A stretch of 64,000 bases of DNA from Macrostomum lignano (lineage: Eukaryota), in contig NIVC01002114.1 in NCBI GenBank assembly GCA_002269645.1, forward strand, positions 1-64,000, given 5' to 3'. A model generated the notes under the pieces. That model was not told the DNA's origin and searched no databases. It worked only from the letters and a program-made list of their open reading frames with translations. How positions within the stretch are numbered: position 1 is the first letter of the stretch; every line of letters begins with the position of its first letter. Made by a program: the position numbers and the translations under genes. Below, piece by piece: positions 1 through 28,761 of the stretch.

Positions 1-292
1 CTATGCTCGCGAGTATGCCATGCTACTAAAAAGCCTAGGAAAGATGAATCGGGACCTGGATATTGACATATCATATTCCGACTATGGAGCTGGCTACTGC
101 TTCTTCGCCTGGAATCTCATGCCCGACATGGAGCTGGGTGGGCATAGCATGCCTCGCGAGCGAGGGAATCTGACGCTACAAATAAAGTTTTCTGCTGCCT
201 TGACCGTAGGAATCAACGTGTTGGTGTTTGGCTACTTTGGCAATACTGTGCAAATCACTCGCGGTCGTCAGGTTATTCTAGACTACGTGTAG
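1..292 (+). CDS. Polinton/Maverick major capsid protein (double jelly-roll), C-terminal part; 5'-truncated by the window
   Basis: Translation ...GYCFFAWNLMPD...GNLTLQIKFSAALTVGINVLVFGYFGNTVQITRGRQVILDYV matches my recollection of the Polinton MCP C-terminus (F-x-F-DL-x-PD...G-x-L-x-L-x-F-x-x-AL...NV-x-V...F-x-N-x-I-x-I...R-x-V-x-x-DY). Directly followed by protease and ATPase genes. Confidence 0.8.
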   Translation, partial: YAREYAMLLKSLGKMNRDLDIDISYSDYGAGYCFFAWNLMPDMELGGHSMPRERGNLTLQIKFSAALTVGINVLVFGYFGNTVQITRGRQVILDYV

Positions 293-343
293 AAACAAAC
301 ATCTTTTTTTATTCTCTATAATAACGGCTATATTCATGCCGAT

Positions 344-783
344 ATGAATAGTCTAGATATATTAGACCGTTTAATACTACCTGTCCCTGTTAGAGTTATA
401 CCGGTTGACAGGATTCCGCAGCCTGTTTATCCTGCTGCATACGTGATTAACTTTGACACTGGCAATCTACCGGGCTTTAATTTGTCTTCATGCCGATGAG
501 AGCGTGACATTTTTTGACCCCTTGTGTATCGATTCTGTGCCAGATTTATTAAAGTTGTGGATCGCAAAGTATGTCCCTGTGGAGGTGGCAATGAACCGGC
601 ATCCTGTATAACATCCGCTAAGTGTGACCTGCGGGGCTCATGTAATATTTGTGGCTGAAAAACACTTTTTGGAGGTCTGTCTATTAAAAAAATATTGCGT
701 GATTGTTTTATAGCAAAAATCTTTATGAGAACGACTTGATGGTGCAGAATCACTGTCTACAAATAAAGCAGCATCATCCATAA
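344..783 (+). pseudogene. Polinton adenain-like cysteine protease, frameshifted
   Basis: ATG 344 gives MNSLDIL...AYVINFDTGNLPG; a frameshift removes the expected HW; the shifted frame reads LICLHADESVTFFDPL...NRHPV*HPLSVTCGAH (Q..S.TCG motif with Q read as TAA), then NLYENDLMV in another frame. Confidence 0.75.
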
Positions 784-791
784 ATATATGC

Positions 792-1270
792 ATGATTGGG
801 CGGCCTATCAAAATGTATCAAACAATAGACCCCGACTCTTTAAAATTTTCCCCCAACACGTCGGCAATTTTTGCTGGGGTGGCTCAAAGCGGCAAGACCA
901 CACTTGTGAAAAACCTATTGAGGCAAGAGTTCTTTCAAGAATCGAAGAAGATTCGCGTAGACTGGTTTGGCCACTATCCGGATCCTGAACTGTTTGAATT
1001 GCCGTACCCTGTAAATTTTCGTTCGTGTACATTTGACCCTGAACAATATGTCCCTGAACCAAAGCCTGGTGGTCAACACGCAGAAGACCGCGTCGTGCTC
1101 TGTCGTCGTCGTGGACAAAGCATTGCCATGTCCCCCCGGTGGCGACGCGCCTGCTCCACTCAGTGGATAACTGGTTTGATTGAGTAATATTTGATATAAT
1201 ATTCTGAAGAGGGCTGCGAGCACTTTGACGAACGCCTTCGGCGACATCGCCCAGCAGCAACCAGCGCTGA
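792..1270 (+). pseudogene. Polinton A32/FtsK-like packaging ATPase, frameshifted
   Basis: Walker A AIFAGVAQSGKTTLVKNLL; a Walker B-like VVVVD appears in a shifted frame near 1100; stops follow. Confidence 0.75.
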
Positions 1271-1937
1271 AGCAAGTCTGCTCACTTCGCTGAGTCCTGA
1301 GCACAACACAAGCGCGTCAATACTGTACTCAGTTACGCACTCGTACACACGCTCACACAGGGTGTACAGCGGCCCTGACTTTCTAATCAGTCAGACATGT
1401 ACACACTCTGTGCTGGACTAACCAAAACCAGCTTTGCTTAACTTTGCAGCGTTAATTGTTTGCGAATGAAGCCCTGATAGCAATTATAAACGACTTCTGA
1501 CCAAATCGAAATCCCACCGACTCTTACGCTCGTAATACTTTGAAATATTTATTTTTTCTGTGAAATAGCCTACTATTAGTAGCTATATTGCTAGCCAAAT
1601 TTATCAACGTACAAAAAAAAAATTATACAGAATTTGGCAATGATTTAGGAGCTCAAATGTATAGACTATTTATCAAGTCTTTATTTAAAACCTTGAACTT
1701 TTGTTTATTTTAAACGTGCGCAAATAAAACATCTTCGCAGAGCCTTTCGTAAAGTCGGTTTTGAAAAATTAAACTTTCCAAAGTTTATGTAATTTGAACG
1801 AGGATTTTGAAGCAACTAGGGGGAAAAACAGAAAATTCTGTTATTATTATTATTATTATTATTACAAGACTCAAGCTAGATGCTACACATTCCTTCCGAA
1901 ATCAGCAGTAAACAGTTGAATAATAGACAGTTTTTCT

Positions 1938-2867
1938 TCACTTAGTAGATCTGCGAGTCCGCTTGTCCCAGCTGAAGTTCGCTCCATAAGATTTCGGCCG
2001 AAGCGGCGGCACCCGCCTCTCCTCAATATGATAGGCCCAGCCGTTTTTGCTGCAGAACTCTGCGGCCTCCTCGGAGCTGGCGAAGCTGATGGCCATTGTG
2101 GATAACGGATCGGCTGAGCTGGTCCAGCCCATTAGCGGGTTCTCCCAGCGTTCCCGGTTGTCGAATTCGATGCGCCAATTCTTGGTGCCGTGCGAACCGG
2201 ACTGGGTGACGGACCTGGGTTCGAGACCGGTTTTGTGGTGGGTTAGGGGCGATTCTTTAGGGTTGTTTAGGGGCGATTTTTGGGGTGGGTTAGGGGCAAT
2301 TTTGGGGTGGGTTAGGGGCGATTTTAAGGGTGGTTTAGGGGCGATTTTGGGGTGGGTTAGGGGCGATTTTAAGGGTGGTTTAGGGGCGATTTTCGAGGTG
2401 GTTCAGGGCGATTTTGAGGGTGGGTTAGGGGCGATTTTTTGGGTGGTTTAAAGAAAAAGAAGCACCTTTGTTACTCACCTAGTGGGGCAATAAATTCTAA
2501 CATGCCGAGTTTTAATATGCTCCTCAGGCACACCCGACAAAGCCGTGACGTCATCCTTAGCTGGCACTGTCACTGTGGTCCCGGGTTCGACTCGCCGTTC
2601 AACTAAGCCAGGGGCGGCTTTGTCAACCTCCGCATCCCGGATCCGATATTTGATCAGGCGCATGTTGGACGAGGCGAATTTCTCTTCATCCGTGAGATTA
2701 CGCGGAGTTGTCAGCTTGCGATCCGCCTGATGCTGCTTGTACTCAGCCTCTTTAGCTACATCTTCTTTGTCTATGCTGGTGTAGTTTTTAGCGCCTCCAC
2801 TAGCTGTGCTGCACAGCCTGTTTATAGTTTTAATCAGTGCTTTAATTGTTAGACTTGGCAACACTCT
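1938..2867 (-). CDS. NDUFS4: NADH dehydrogenase [ubiquinone] iron-sulfur protein 4 (complex I 18 kDa subunit)
   Basis: Exons 2867-2479 and 2214-1938 (AG|GTGAGT donor, CAG acceptor). Spliced product has [16 protein letters not shown]...[26 protein letters not shown]...[16 protein letters not shown]. No in-frame ATG in the first visible exon. Confidence 0.95.
2225..2450. repeat. Degenerate TTAGGG-containing tandem repeat in the NDUFS4 intron
   Basis: Repeated GGTTAGGGGCGATTTT units. Confidence 0.85.
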
Positions 2868-3180
2868 CTATAGTTTCATTCAGTAACAAGGAACTTGTAC
2901 AATTAAATAAAGCAACACAATTAATTTTTTTATGGAGAAAAACTCCAAATCTAATAATATTCTTTTTTTAACTGTTTACTGAGGGGTTTACAAAGTATAT
3001 ATACTTGTATGTTGCATATATAAAAAGTTAATTTAATACTTATCCAGTTATCCATTAATATCTACCCAATAACTATAAACATGCAAGTAGGCCTAATGAT
3101 GCTTAAACATTCACTAAATATATTATTGTAATAGCTCAAATCTTGATTAGTCTATTTTTCCAATAAAAAATGTATCCAGC

Positions 3181-3560
3181 TTGCTGCTCGGGACAGCAGG
3201 ATTGTGCTACCCATAGCACCTCAGCAGCAGACTATCAATTGGGCCCACCAGGGTTAATTAAATAGGAGGAAGGCCATTGACCAGTTGCAGCAGAAATTCT
3301 AGTGACTTTGCTTGGCTCAATAGGCGCAGGCAGCTCTGTCAAAGAGATGCTTATACCAGGATATCTGGGGCAATGGCGCATGCAAGAGGCTCCTAGCTGG
3401 ACAAAAGCAAGTGGCAGACAGCAGGGGAGGTAGACATTCAGCAGCCATCAGAGAGCAACTGGAAGCTAGTAACCAGATAGCCCATCACTACTTTCAATTA
3501 GCATTCTATTAGCAAGTGACCAAAGCTGTGCAATGGGCTTTGGGAAGTCCACTGGCTGTA
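3181..3560 (+). pseudogene. Heavily decayed Gypsy-type integrase fragment (H2C2 zinc domain plus start of the core)
   Basis: LLL(R)DSRIVLPIAPQQQTINWAHQG*LNRRKAIDQLQQKF**LCLAQ*AQAALSKRCLYQ resembles the RIVIP..AH.GH.G..KT..L...WWP...C..CQ pattern; ISK*PK downstream resembles SKWPE. Confidence 0.55.
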
Positions 3561-4692
3561 TGGCAACAAGGCCACAGCAACACAGCTGTGTTCTACTAAT
3601 TAGGCAAATTACAAGCATATACAAATGTCAAATGCTAATAGACTCAACTGTTCCAATTTTTATTCAATTGAATTTGCAAAATTATCAAATTCCAGACTTG
3701 TAAGCCTTATACTTTTTTGGTTGAGGAGAGATATAGTGTATTGTCTGATCTATACTCTACATCATGTCCTTGGGCATATGCCCAAAATGTGGGCATGCAT
3801 TGGCCTTGCATGCCAATAGTTAAGCATGCATAGTTGGTATGTGTTACTCCTAAGAAAAATATTCTATGTGCACGCCTAGCATGCACTTTATAGAATCACG
3901 TGGAAGGTTGAGTGTTAAGTGGAAAAAAAGATTGAACAAATTCAATTTTAAGCATAAATTTCAAGCTTTCTAGTTTTTAAGCTTATAATTAAGGCATTTT
4001 AACAAATGTTTATATATATCATTTTTTTATAAATAGTATAAGCAAGAAAGATAAACAACCAACCAAATTATTAGCCAAAAATATATTTTATACAATTCAA
4101 AAAGGTCATTTATTATCAAGATGCAAAAAAGGTCATTTATTGTTGCAACATTGCCCTAGTTTTGAATGTGGGCATGCACTCAAAAATGTTTTGGAATGCA
4201 TTTATAGCTATTCAATTTTTGATTAGGTATGTACCTAGCATGATCTGGACTATGATGTCTGATCTCTCTCCTTTGCTCTTGCTCTAGCTTTTCCCTGTGT
4301 GCCCCAGCATTGTATTAGCATCTTTGCACTTATTATGCAATAGTGCATACTGTGCTCATTGTATATTAGATCAATATATATATATGCTTAAATATATGGC
4401 TAAGAAAATAGCACTTCTATGCTTACACAAGCACACTATAATTCTTATGCTATATTAAGGCATTTTAGATATTACAAAATTCATTAACATCTTATTTGTC
4501 AATCTTACTATATATTATATATGCTATATTAATTAATTTAATTATTTGACTGTGTTATTGACTATTAGTTATGCTTAAGATTGAAAAACAAAAAGAGCCA
4601 GCTATTATAAAGGTAAGATAGAGAAAGCAAATATTTTTAACTTAATGTTTGTATTTATTTTAAAAAATGAAACCAAAAATTTGAACAACAAT

Positions 4693-5584
4693 CAGTGTTG
4701 GGCACCAGTCCATTAATAAGCATTAATCCGTTAATAAGTGTTAATAAGCGTTAAGATTTTTCATTAATGTTAATGGACTGTCGTTAAGATTTTTTTGAAC
4801 TAACAGATTAACAAATTTGCATTAAAAAAATTGTGAATTAACAATAAATTCATCGTTAACGGTAGTGTCTATGTCAATGACCAAAGAGGCAAAGAAGGAA
4901 CGAAAAATAGAAGTCTTACAAGAAGTTTAAACATTATGAATGTATTTGAGCTTACCTATATGCCTAAATATAATCTCTTTATTTATGACAATGATCATAT
5001 AGACGTACATGTAGTTAACAACTTCTTACAAATAAACTTTAAAATAATGAGTTAAAATAGTGTGAAACTTTATTTCTTACACGTGAGCATCGATCGCTTT
5101 GATTCACTTCTGTCCCAATCTTTGGCAACTTTCTGCTGCGCCTGCTAATGGTATTGAAACAACCTTCCTATGCATATTTAATTATGAATTTCTCATTATT
5201 AGCTTTTAAGTTTCAAATAAAATAAGTTACTTTTTTACCATATCATCATATGCTTTACTTTTAGTAGTATTATGCATGCAAGTTTTAAAAATGATTATTT
5301 ATTACTTTTTTAGCTTTCAAATTGCTTAGATGACCTCTGTGTTTCGCTAAAAAGTTGGAATAGCAGACGTGCAATATGAAGGGTTCTGTTTTGGAAAAAA
5401 ACGTGCAAGATTTCCATATTTTCTGTGTTAACATTAACGGATTAACGCTTATTAATGATTATCAGTTAACTTTCAGTTAACTTAATGAAATTAGGAGTTA
5501 AAAAGTTAAGATTTTTTTTGTTTTAACACTAACGCTTTTGCTATTAACGGAAGTTAAGATTTTCATTAATGGTGCCCAACACTG
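4693..5584. mobile_element. hAT-type MITE (non-autonomous)
   Basis: TIR CAGTGTTGGGCACCA / TGGTGCCCAACACTG; 8-bp flanking duplication ACAACAAT / ACATCAAT; subterminal TTAA-rich repeats; no ORF. Confidence 0.85.
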
Positions 5585-6456
5585 ACATCAATATACAATG
5601 ATAAAAATGTTTTAGAACCTAATAGTGATAAAAATATTGCATTTTATTGTCATGTGAACTTGTATATCAAAATAAATAGGTAATCGTAATTAATGTTAAT
5701 AAATTCAATAAGGTATGCAATGAAAATGCATAGGCTTCTTAATCTGTTAAAATAGGCCTAGTTATACAATAAGTCTAGTTTTTAGAGGCCTAGAAAATAT
5801 ACATTTTAAAACAAGAAGTAAATTTTATTGTAATAAAACTTTTTTTGAAAATTCCAAACCCGATTCGTCTTAGGCTAGTTCTGTCTTACCTAAAACCAAG
5901 ACGAAACGAAGAAATATACTTTGAAGAATTCGCAACTAGTGAAACTCGGTGGGCCATGTCGAGCTGATTTAGGAAGCTCTAAAGCAGTAAAAGGAAACCT
6001 AAGTTAGGATGCAAAGTCAATTGAAGCACGTTGATATTTTTTGCGAAATATAAACTTTCTGGAAGATTAAATAGAATAGAGTGTGTATTAAATAAATTGA
6101 TTAACTAATAAAAAATCATCATGACAGAAAGTTAAACTCCTGCTATTTTCTTCGATTGTTACACATATAAACAAACGATAAATATTTTTTCATTACTTAG
6201 TGCTTTATCTGTGTTTTTAATTAAAAAATGTTAGAAATATATAAAAGATATACTTAATTTAAAACCTACTTGTTTTTTGGCATTTCCAGTTATCGCTGAT
6301 ATCTTTATTTGAATATTAAATACTCCAACCGTTCCGACTTTTGCTTTTTGCGGTGCGGCTTCTTTCTAACTTTTAGGAAATTATAAGAATTAAAAAATTG
6401 CTGGCTTTGGCATAATAATGCTGCTGTTTTAGTAGCAGCAAGATTCCGTTTCAAAA

Positions 6457-22274
<15,818 letters not shown>

Positions 22275-25200
22275 TATCAATTGGCTAATCTCGGAAACCG
22301 ATTAACGAAAAATGGACAAACGGAACTTCTGTTAATGTTAAGAAGAGTGGTTAAATGTTGTCGTCTGCCGAAAATTGGCTTCTGTTTATTCGTCTTCTTA
22401 ACCTAATTAACTGTGATACAGAAAAAAAATTATTCATAAGACCAAACTGAGATTGGGAACTTTTTCCTCAACTAGATCTCGCTTTATCAAACTGGATCAA
22501 TAAATAATTATTAAAGCGTATTATATTTTGTTCGATGTTGTACAGTTGCCCGTGTTTGAGAGCTATTTGTGAATTAGACTAAAAAATAAAATATTGTTAA
22601 ACAATATAAGATGGCGAGTAAAATAATGAATTAATTTATAACCATTGAAATTATATAAACCATTTTAATTAATTAACAGTTATTCAAACTTAAAAAAAAC
22701 TTTTAAATGGATACCAATAGTTAAAATATCCACATTAAAAAAAATACAAAAGTCATTAAAAACAAAAGCTATTGGATTTATTGATGTCGTAAAATTTGTT
22801 GTCAAGTTGTTTGAGAGTTGACCCGCTGCTTGTTCTGCAGAAAGTCCCTTTCGATGTTAACTGAAAATCGACCTGCTTTCGTAATAATGTCAAGCCACTG
22901 AACTGATGAAAACATCTTTATCTTGATATCAAAGCAAAATGTTTTAAGCCACTGAAATATAAAAGACGCTTAAACTTTCAGTCGCGAAGTTAATAAACAA
23001 ATTCGCGCAAAATCCGGCATCCTCAAATGAAGCGCTTTGCGCTTTTGTTTTATTTATTTATTTATTCAAAAACAACCTATAAGGCTGTTGGGTCACTGTC
23101 AAGTTTCTGTGAAGCTATTAAAAGAATTTTTTTAAATAATTATTCACGGGTGTACCAATATCCTGTGAAAGACGAGACAAATCTTTGAGCAGTTTCAATT
23201 TTCTAAATTTATTTCCGCTCTTACCTCGAAATTTCTAAAAGTTGTAATAAAGGTCTGTTGTTGTTAAACGGGGATGCCAAGCTATGCCTAGCTAGCGCGG
23301 ATCAGCACAGGAAAGGGCTCTGCCGCAAGGTATTTATGGTTATTCCACCAGGGGTACTTGACCCGGTGTTACACTTTATACTATCCGGGGTTTTTGTCTG
23401 GCCCGGATATCCAAACGCACTTACAATATCCGCCCGGATACTGCCAAGCAAAAAACCTGCTGTGTTTTCTCCTTCCCGGATATCTTGAGCTGCTTTGCAT
23501 TGTCCGGGCACTTTGAGATGTCTCTTCCGGACATCCTACGGCACTGACTCTGCTATCCGGCCCGGAGATCACAAGAAGGGGAAGTTGTCTAAGGACATCC
23601 GACTGTAGGTTGAAAGAGAGGTGTCAGCCTGCGGAGACAGAGGTTTGCTTTAGGACATCCGGCGACTGATATCCGGGGCTAGAAATAGCAAAAAATTTCG
23701 AGATCACTTTTCGCAAAGTAGAAAATCACTTTTTGCTACCTTATCAATGGCAAACATCTGCGACATGCTATTTAACTGTATATTTCAATAACAATGTCGG
23801 CTTTTTTAAACACTCCAAAATATCTAAAATTAAGGCTACTATTGCCAACCAAAAAGCAGTTTGTAATTCCATTCACCAATCTAATTCGATAAATCAAAAA
23901 CTGGCGATCCGCTGAATGAAGCCTGATGAGTCACAGCCTTCTTCCGAGGCTTTGATTGAGATGCCTTCCGTTTTCACATTTTTAGAAACCAGCCAGCTGA
24001 TGAGAACCAGCTATTTTTGCTGAGACATTTGATGATGCGGTAGACCCGCTAACTCCACCTCTTCTGCAGATTATCTCTCTCTTTTGTACTGGAATGTTCC
24101 GGCAGCTCAATTCATGCTCGTCGCTAAAAACGTAAAAAAAACACTTCATTTAGCGTTACTTTGGCCACCGAGTGAATTTTTTTTCCGAAACGTAGGACTT
24201 AGACAAGAAATATATTCCAACTTATCTGAAAATAAAAGGTTTCTTATAATTTGCGCAACACATTCCGTTGCAGGCTATTAGCTCGTACACTGATATTCAT
24301 GGCATGTACGCTTGTACGGGTACATTTAACGACATTCTATTGTCGATTCATTCTTAGACTGCATGATTGCATCTTATCTGCCCCTCCCAAGCACTCTGAG
24401 TCAGTCCCATTCTCGCTTAATGGTGTCCTTCTGCCCCACGCATTTACATGCGCCTGATCTTGTAAATTAAGACCCCGGTGAAAAAGAAAGCCTAACAGGG
24501 TCACCAGGATTTGAGCTAGGAGTCTGACCCTAGCAACTGCAGGGCTCAACAAATTGAGGAGGACAAAGAGAACCCAACCAGTGGAATCAGGTAGACGCGT
24601 TCTAAGACTGTCCCCAGGCCACCATCCCAACGGCATAACCTGAGTGTGCGCGCAAAAAAAATAGAATTAGAAAGGAAATTTTTGGAAAGTTTTTAGAAAG
24701 CAGGTCGAGAGCGGGACTTCGGAAATACCCCGGGCATTGTTTTTACCTATAACAAGGCACCCAGGGCGGCCCCGAGTCTACGGATCAAAGGCTTTCAGAT
24801 TGGAACGAGTTTGAGCAGCTTATTTCCCCCTGCAGGGCGAAACTCCTATCAGTAAGCTTGCCCTCACACCTCTAATAGGGTTGCAAGCCACAAGGCTTAT
24901 TTCGCTTCCCAACTCAAATTGCCCACGCCAAGGGACCGGAGAGGGAGCAGACACACCAGAGCGAAAGGACACACCAGAGCCGGTTTTCCCGATTCGGAAC
25001 CGAACTCCTAATCCGGGACGCCTGACCCCAGTCAGTGATGGGAGCCAAGACACAAATAGCAGAGGGAGACTACCAGAGGAGAGAGACAGCAGATGGATCG
25101 AGGTGAGCAGATGGAAACCAAAAGGCAGAGATCTTAACTCCAAAAAGGTCTGCTTTCCTTAGAAGCTCAACTGCTTTTTACACCTATACAAACTCACAAC

Positions 25201-26244
25201 TCCGTAATAAACTTAACTACGAGCGTACTAACATTTCTCCTGGAACCTACTAATAGTAGAGTGAATTAGCCTGACTGAATCGTTCAATCCTAGGAGTGAC
25301 CGCGTACTTAAACAAGACTGTCACTATAAGACTACCTGCTGAAACTGTGTCAACAACAATTTAGGTACCTATCCGCGAACTGCTTAAAGTGGGACTGCAT
25401 AAGCTTGTAAGGAGAGAGGAATCCTTCACTCACAGAAATTGTCGATCCCCTATAAGAAACTGGATCTTCACTTTTGGAAAAATGGTAGAAAATTTTTACC
25501 ACACATACACACTTGGGCTGTCCATTGTTGTTCCTTGGACTGGAACCGCATTATACTAGTAGAGTGGAGTTCGATTGAGAAACCATGCATGCCGGCTGGA
25601 GACTCACCCCCAACAGCTGAAAGAAGCAAATCTATTCTTAAGTGGAGCCTTTGTTAAAGGATTTTGAGCTGCTGCCTGCAGTTTCCCAAGTTGAGCTGGG
25701 GGGGGGGCTAAATTCAGAGAGAAAAACGACAGATGGGGACCATCAGTGCCGTGGGAGGCGTTTACTCGAGGGTAACTTTGGACAATAAACAAAAGCAGCA
25801 TTGGAAACAGGGTCGGTTGCCATGGATTTTATGGTGGGGAGGACAAAGCCAAGAACTACATGACTAAACTCCTAAGTTATTTTCACTCATTTTGACTCCA
25901 CAGGCAGCGCCATGCACTCTCAAAGCTTTCGTTTCCGCGCAAGCAACAGACTTACAGACTTTCAAATCCAATCATCATAATATTCCCAAAAACTTCGCGA
26001 CTTTGGGCCACTGTTTATATTGGAGTCGCATTGCACAGGGCACCTCGAAACCTGCTTAAGTCATAGTAAGAAAGTGAAATTCTAAAGTCAAATAGGTTTG
26101 GCATGCCTGACTATTAAACCATGATCGCAATTTGTTTTGTATAATTGCGGTTTCGAAATATGTTGGTTCTGTATTATTTATTAATAATCATTTTTGGTGT
26201 CTCTTTCTATTGTTATTACTATTCCTAAAATTAGCTAGTTAAGT

Positions 26245-26355
26245 TCTTGTAGTAGTAGTAATATTAGTAGTACTAGTAGCAGTAGTGGTAGTAGTAGTAG
26301 TAGCAGTAGTAGTAGTAGTAGTAGCAGTAGTAGTAGTACGAGCTAGTAGTAGTAT

Positions 26356-26400
<45 letters not shown>

Positions 26401-26460
26401 TAGCAGTAGTAGTAGCAGTAGTAGTAGTAGTAGTATCAGTAGTAGTAGTAGTAGTAGATT
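26245..26460. repeat. (AGT)n microsatellite
   Basis: Direct reading. Confidence 0.95.
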
Positions 26461-26619
26461 CTAGAATTTCTAGAACGTTTGCTATACTTGCCATACGAGG
26501 AGAGCGTAGATTAAAGCAGTTATTGAAAATGTAAAACTTGAAACAAATAATTGAAAAGTTGTTATACGCTCGTACTATGACGGAGTAACGTTTCGTTCTC
26601 CAAATCTCGGGCAGTGTTA

Positions 26620-27549
26620 TTAGATTCCATAGATCTCGACCTCGCACATGGAAATAATGTGCTTCACTAGGCTCAAGACGGTGAGCCTGCTTCCAAAGGC
26701 GTTGCAGTTGAAGGTGGCTTTCGAAAATGGCACGGTCAGGTCCACCCTGTGGCACTCGACACCGTCCACTTGCAGGGAAAGCTTGTTCAACCGGTTGCTG
26801 CAGCAGTCCACCCTGTTGTAGATGGTCACGTGCGACACCTCAGCAGCAGCAGAGAGTTGACCCTCCCACCAGCCTGGGTAGCCCTTGCTGTCAGTTTGCA
26901 TGCATGTTTTGCCAAGGTGATATTGTTGAATCTTATTTCCATCGATCGCTCTCTCGCAGACTCCGTCTTGAAGAACCGAGCTTTGATTGCAGGCAATGAA
27001 GTTTAGTTTGGCTGCAATTGAAATAGCAATAATGACGTTTTTCTACGGAAATTCCATAACACCTCAGATGTTAACTCTTACAAGCTCGGATGATCAATTA
27101 ATGACTGCAATGAAAACTGCAAGAAATGCACCGAAGGACTGTAGGAAATGCACCGAAGGACTGCAGGAAATGCACCGAAGGACTGCAGGAAATGCACCGA
27201 AGGACTGCAGGAAATGCACCGAAGGACCAGATGGTTAGGCTCTTCACTTACCAACTTTCCTCGTGTAGACGTCGCTAGCGGCTGAGTTCTCCCAGGCCAA
27301 GTCGTAGAAAGCGGACAGGTTGAAGAGGCGACAAATACTCGGCAACCAGGTGAAACCGAAACAGGCCGGGTTCGTAGTGCAGTCTTTGGCGCATTTCAGC
27401 CTGTCGCTGCCGGCAGCTGGGCCCATTTCAATCGGAGTTGAGAGGCTGCCCATCTTGTTGACTGTGAACACGATCCCAGCTGATGTTGGCTTAGAGAGAC
27501 AAAACAGAACGACAGAATAGAACCACAAAGTCAGCGTTAGGGACTTCAT
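26620..27549 (-). CDS. Secreted PAN/apple + F-type lectin (fucolectin) domain protein
   Basis: Exons 27549-27252 and 27011-26620 (phase 1). Signal MKSLTLTLWFYSVVLFCLS; PAN-like C..DC...PACFGF.W....CRL; FTLD ACNQSS...RAIDGN...CMQT...PGWW...VTIYNRVDCCSNRL...SMCEVEIYG. Confidence 0.88.
27120..27228. repeat. 22-bp minisatellite in the lectin intron
   Basis: AGGAAATGCACCGAAGGACTGC, about 5 copies. Confidence 0.9.
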
Positions 27550-27731
27550 TGTTGATTGTTCCAGCAAATTTGTTGCTACCAGTTAGCTGCAAGAAATTTC
27601 TCTTTTGCATTGAAACGCAGCTACCTTTTAGATGTTTTTTCATCCTCATGTAGCCTCAGGACTAGGATGTAGGAATTGAAACAGCTTTCATTGGCCAAAC
27701 CAGCTGAATGGTACTCATCTAATGCTACTGA

Positions 27732-28595
<864 letters not shown>

Positions 28596-28761
28596 ACGTA
28601 TGTCTATGGCAGAAAAACGTCGATTTCAGAGTGAACCATTCTCCCGTTTTGTGTGGCCAGCTAGCTTAGCTATGTTTTATTTTTATACTGATATTTTGAA
28701 GAGCACAAAGTCGGAAAAGTACTATTTTGTGTCGCACTTGTCCATAGAAAACAATATTATA

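Noticed and set aside
23285-23680. Element with many CCGGA/TCCGG motifs, possibly a MITE
   Set aside because: Only a weak terminal inversion and no TSD could be identified.
24640-25310. Possible LTR-like segment with AATAAA near its end
   Set aside because: No defined ends, TSD or coding similarity.
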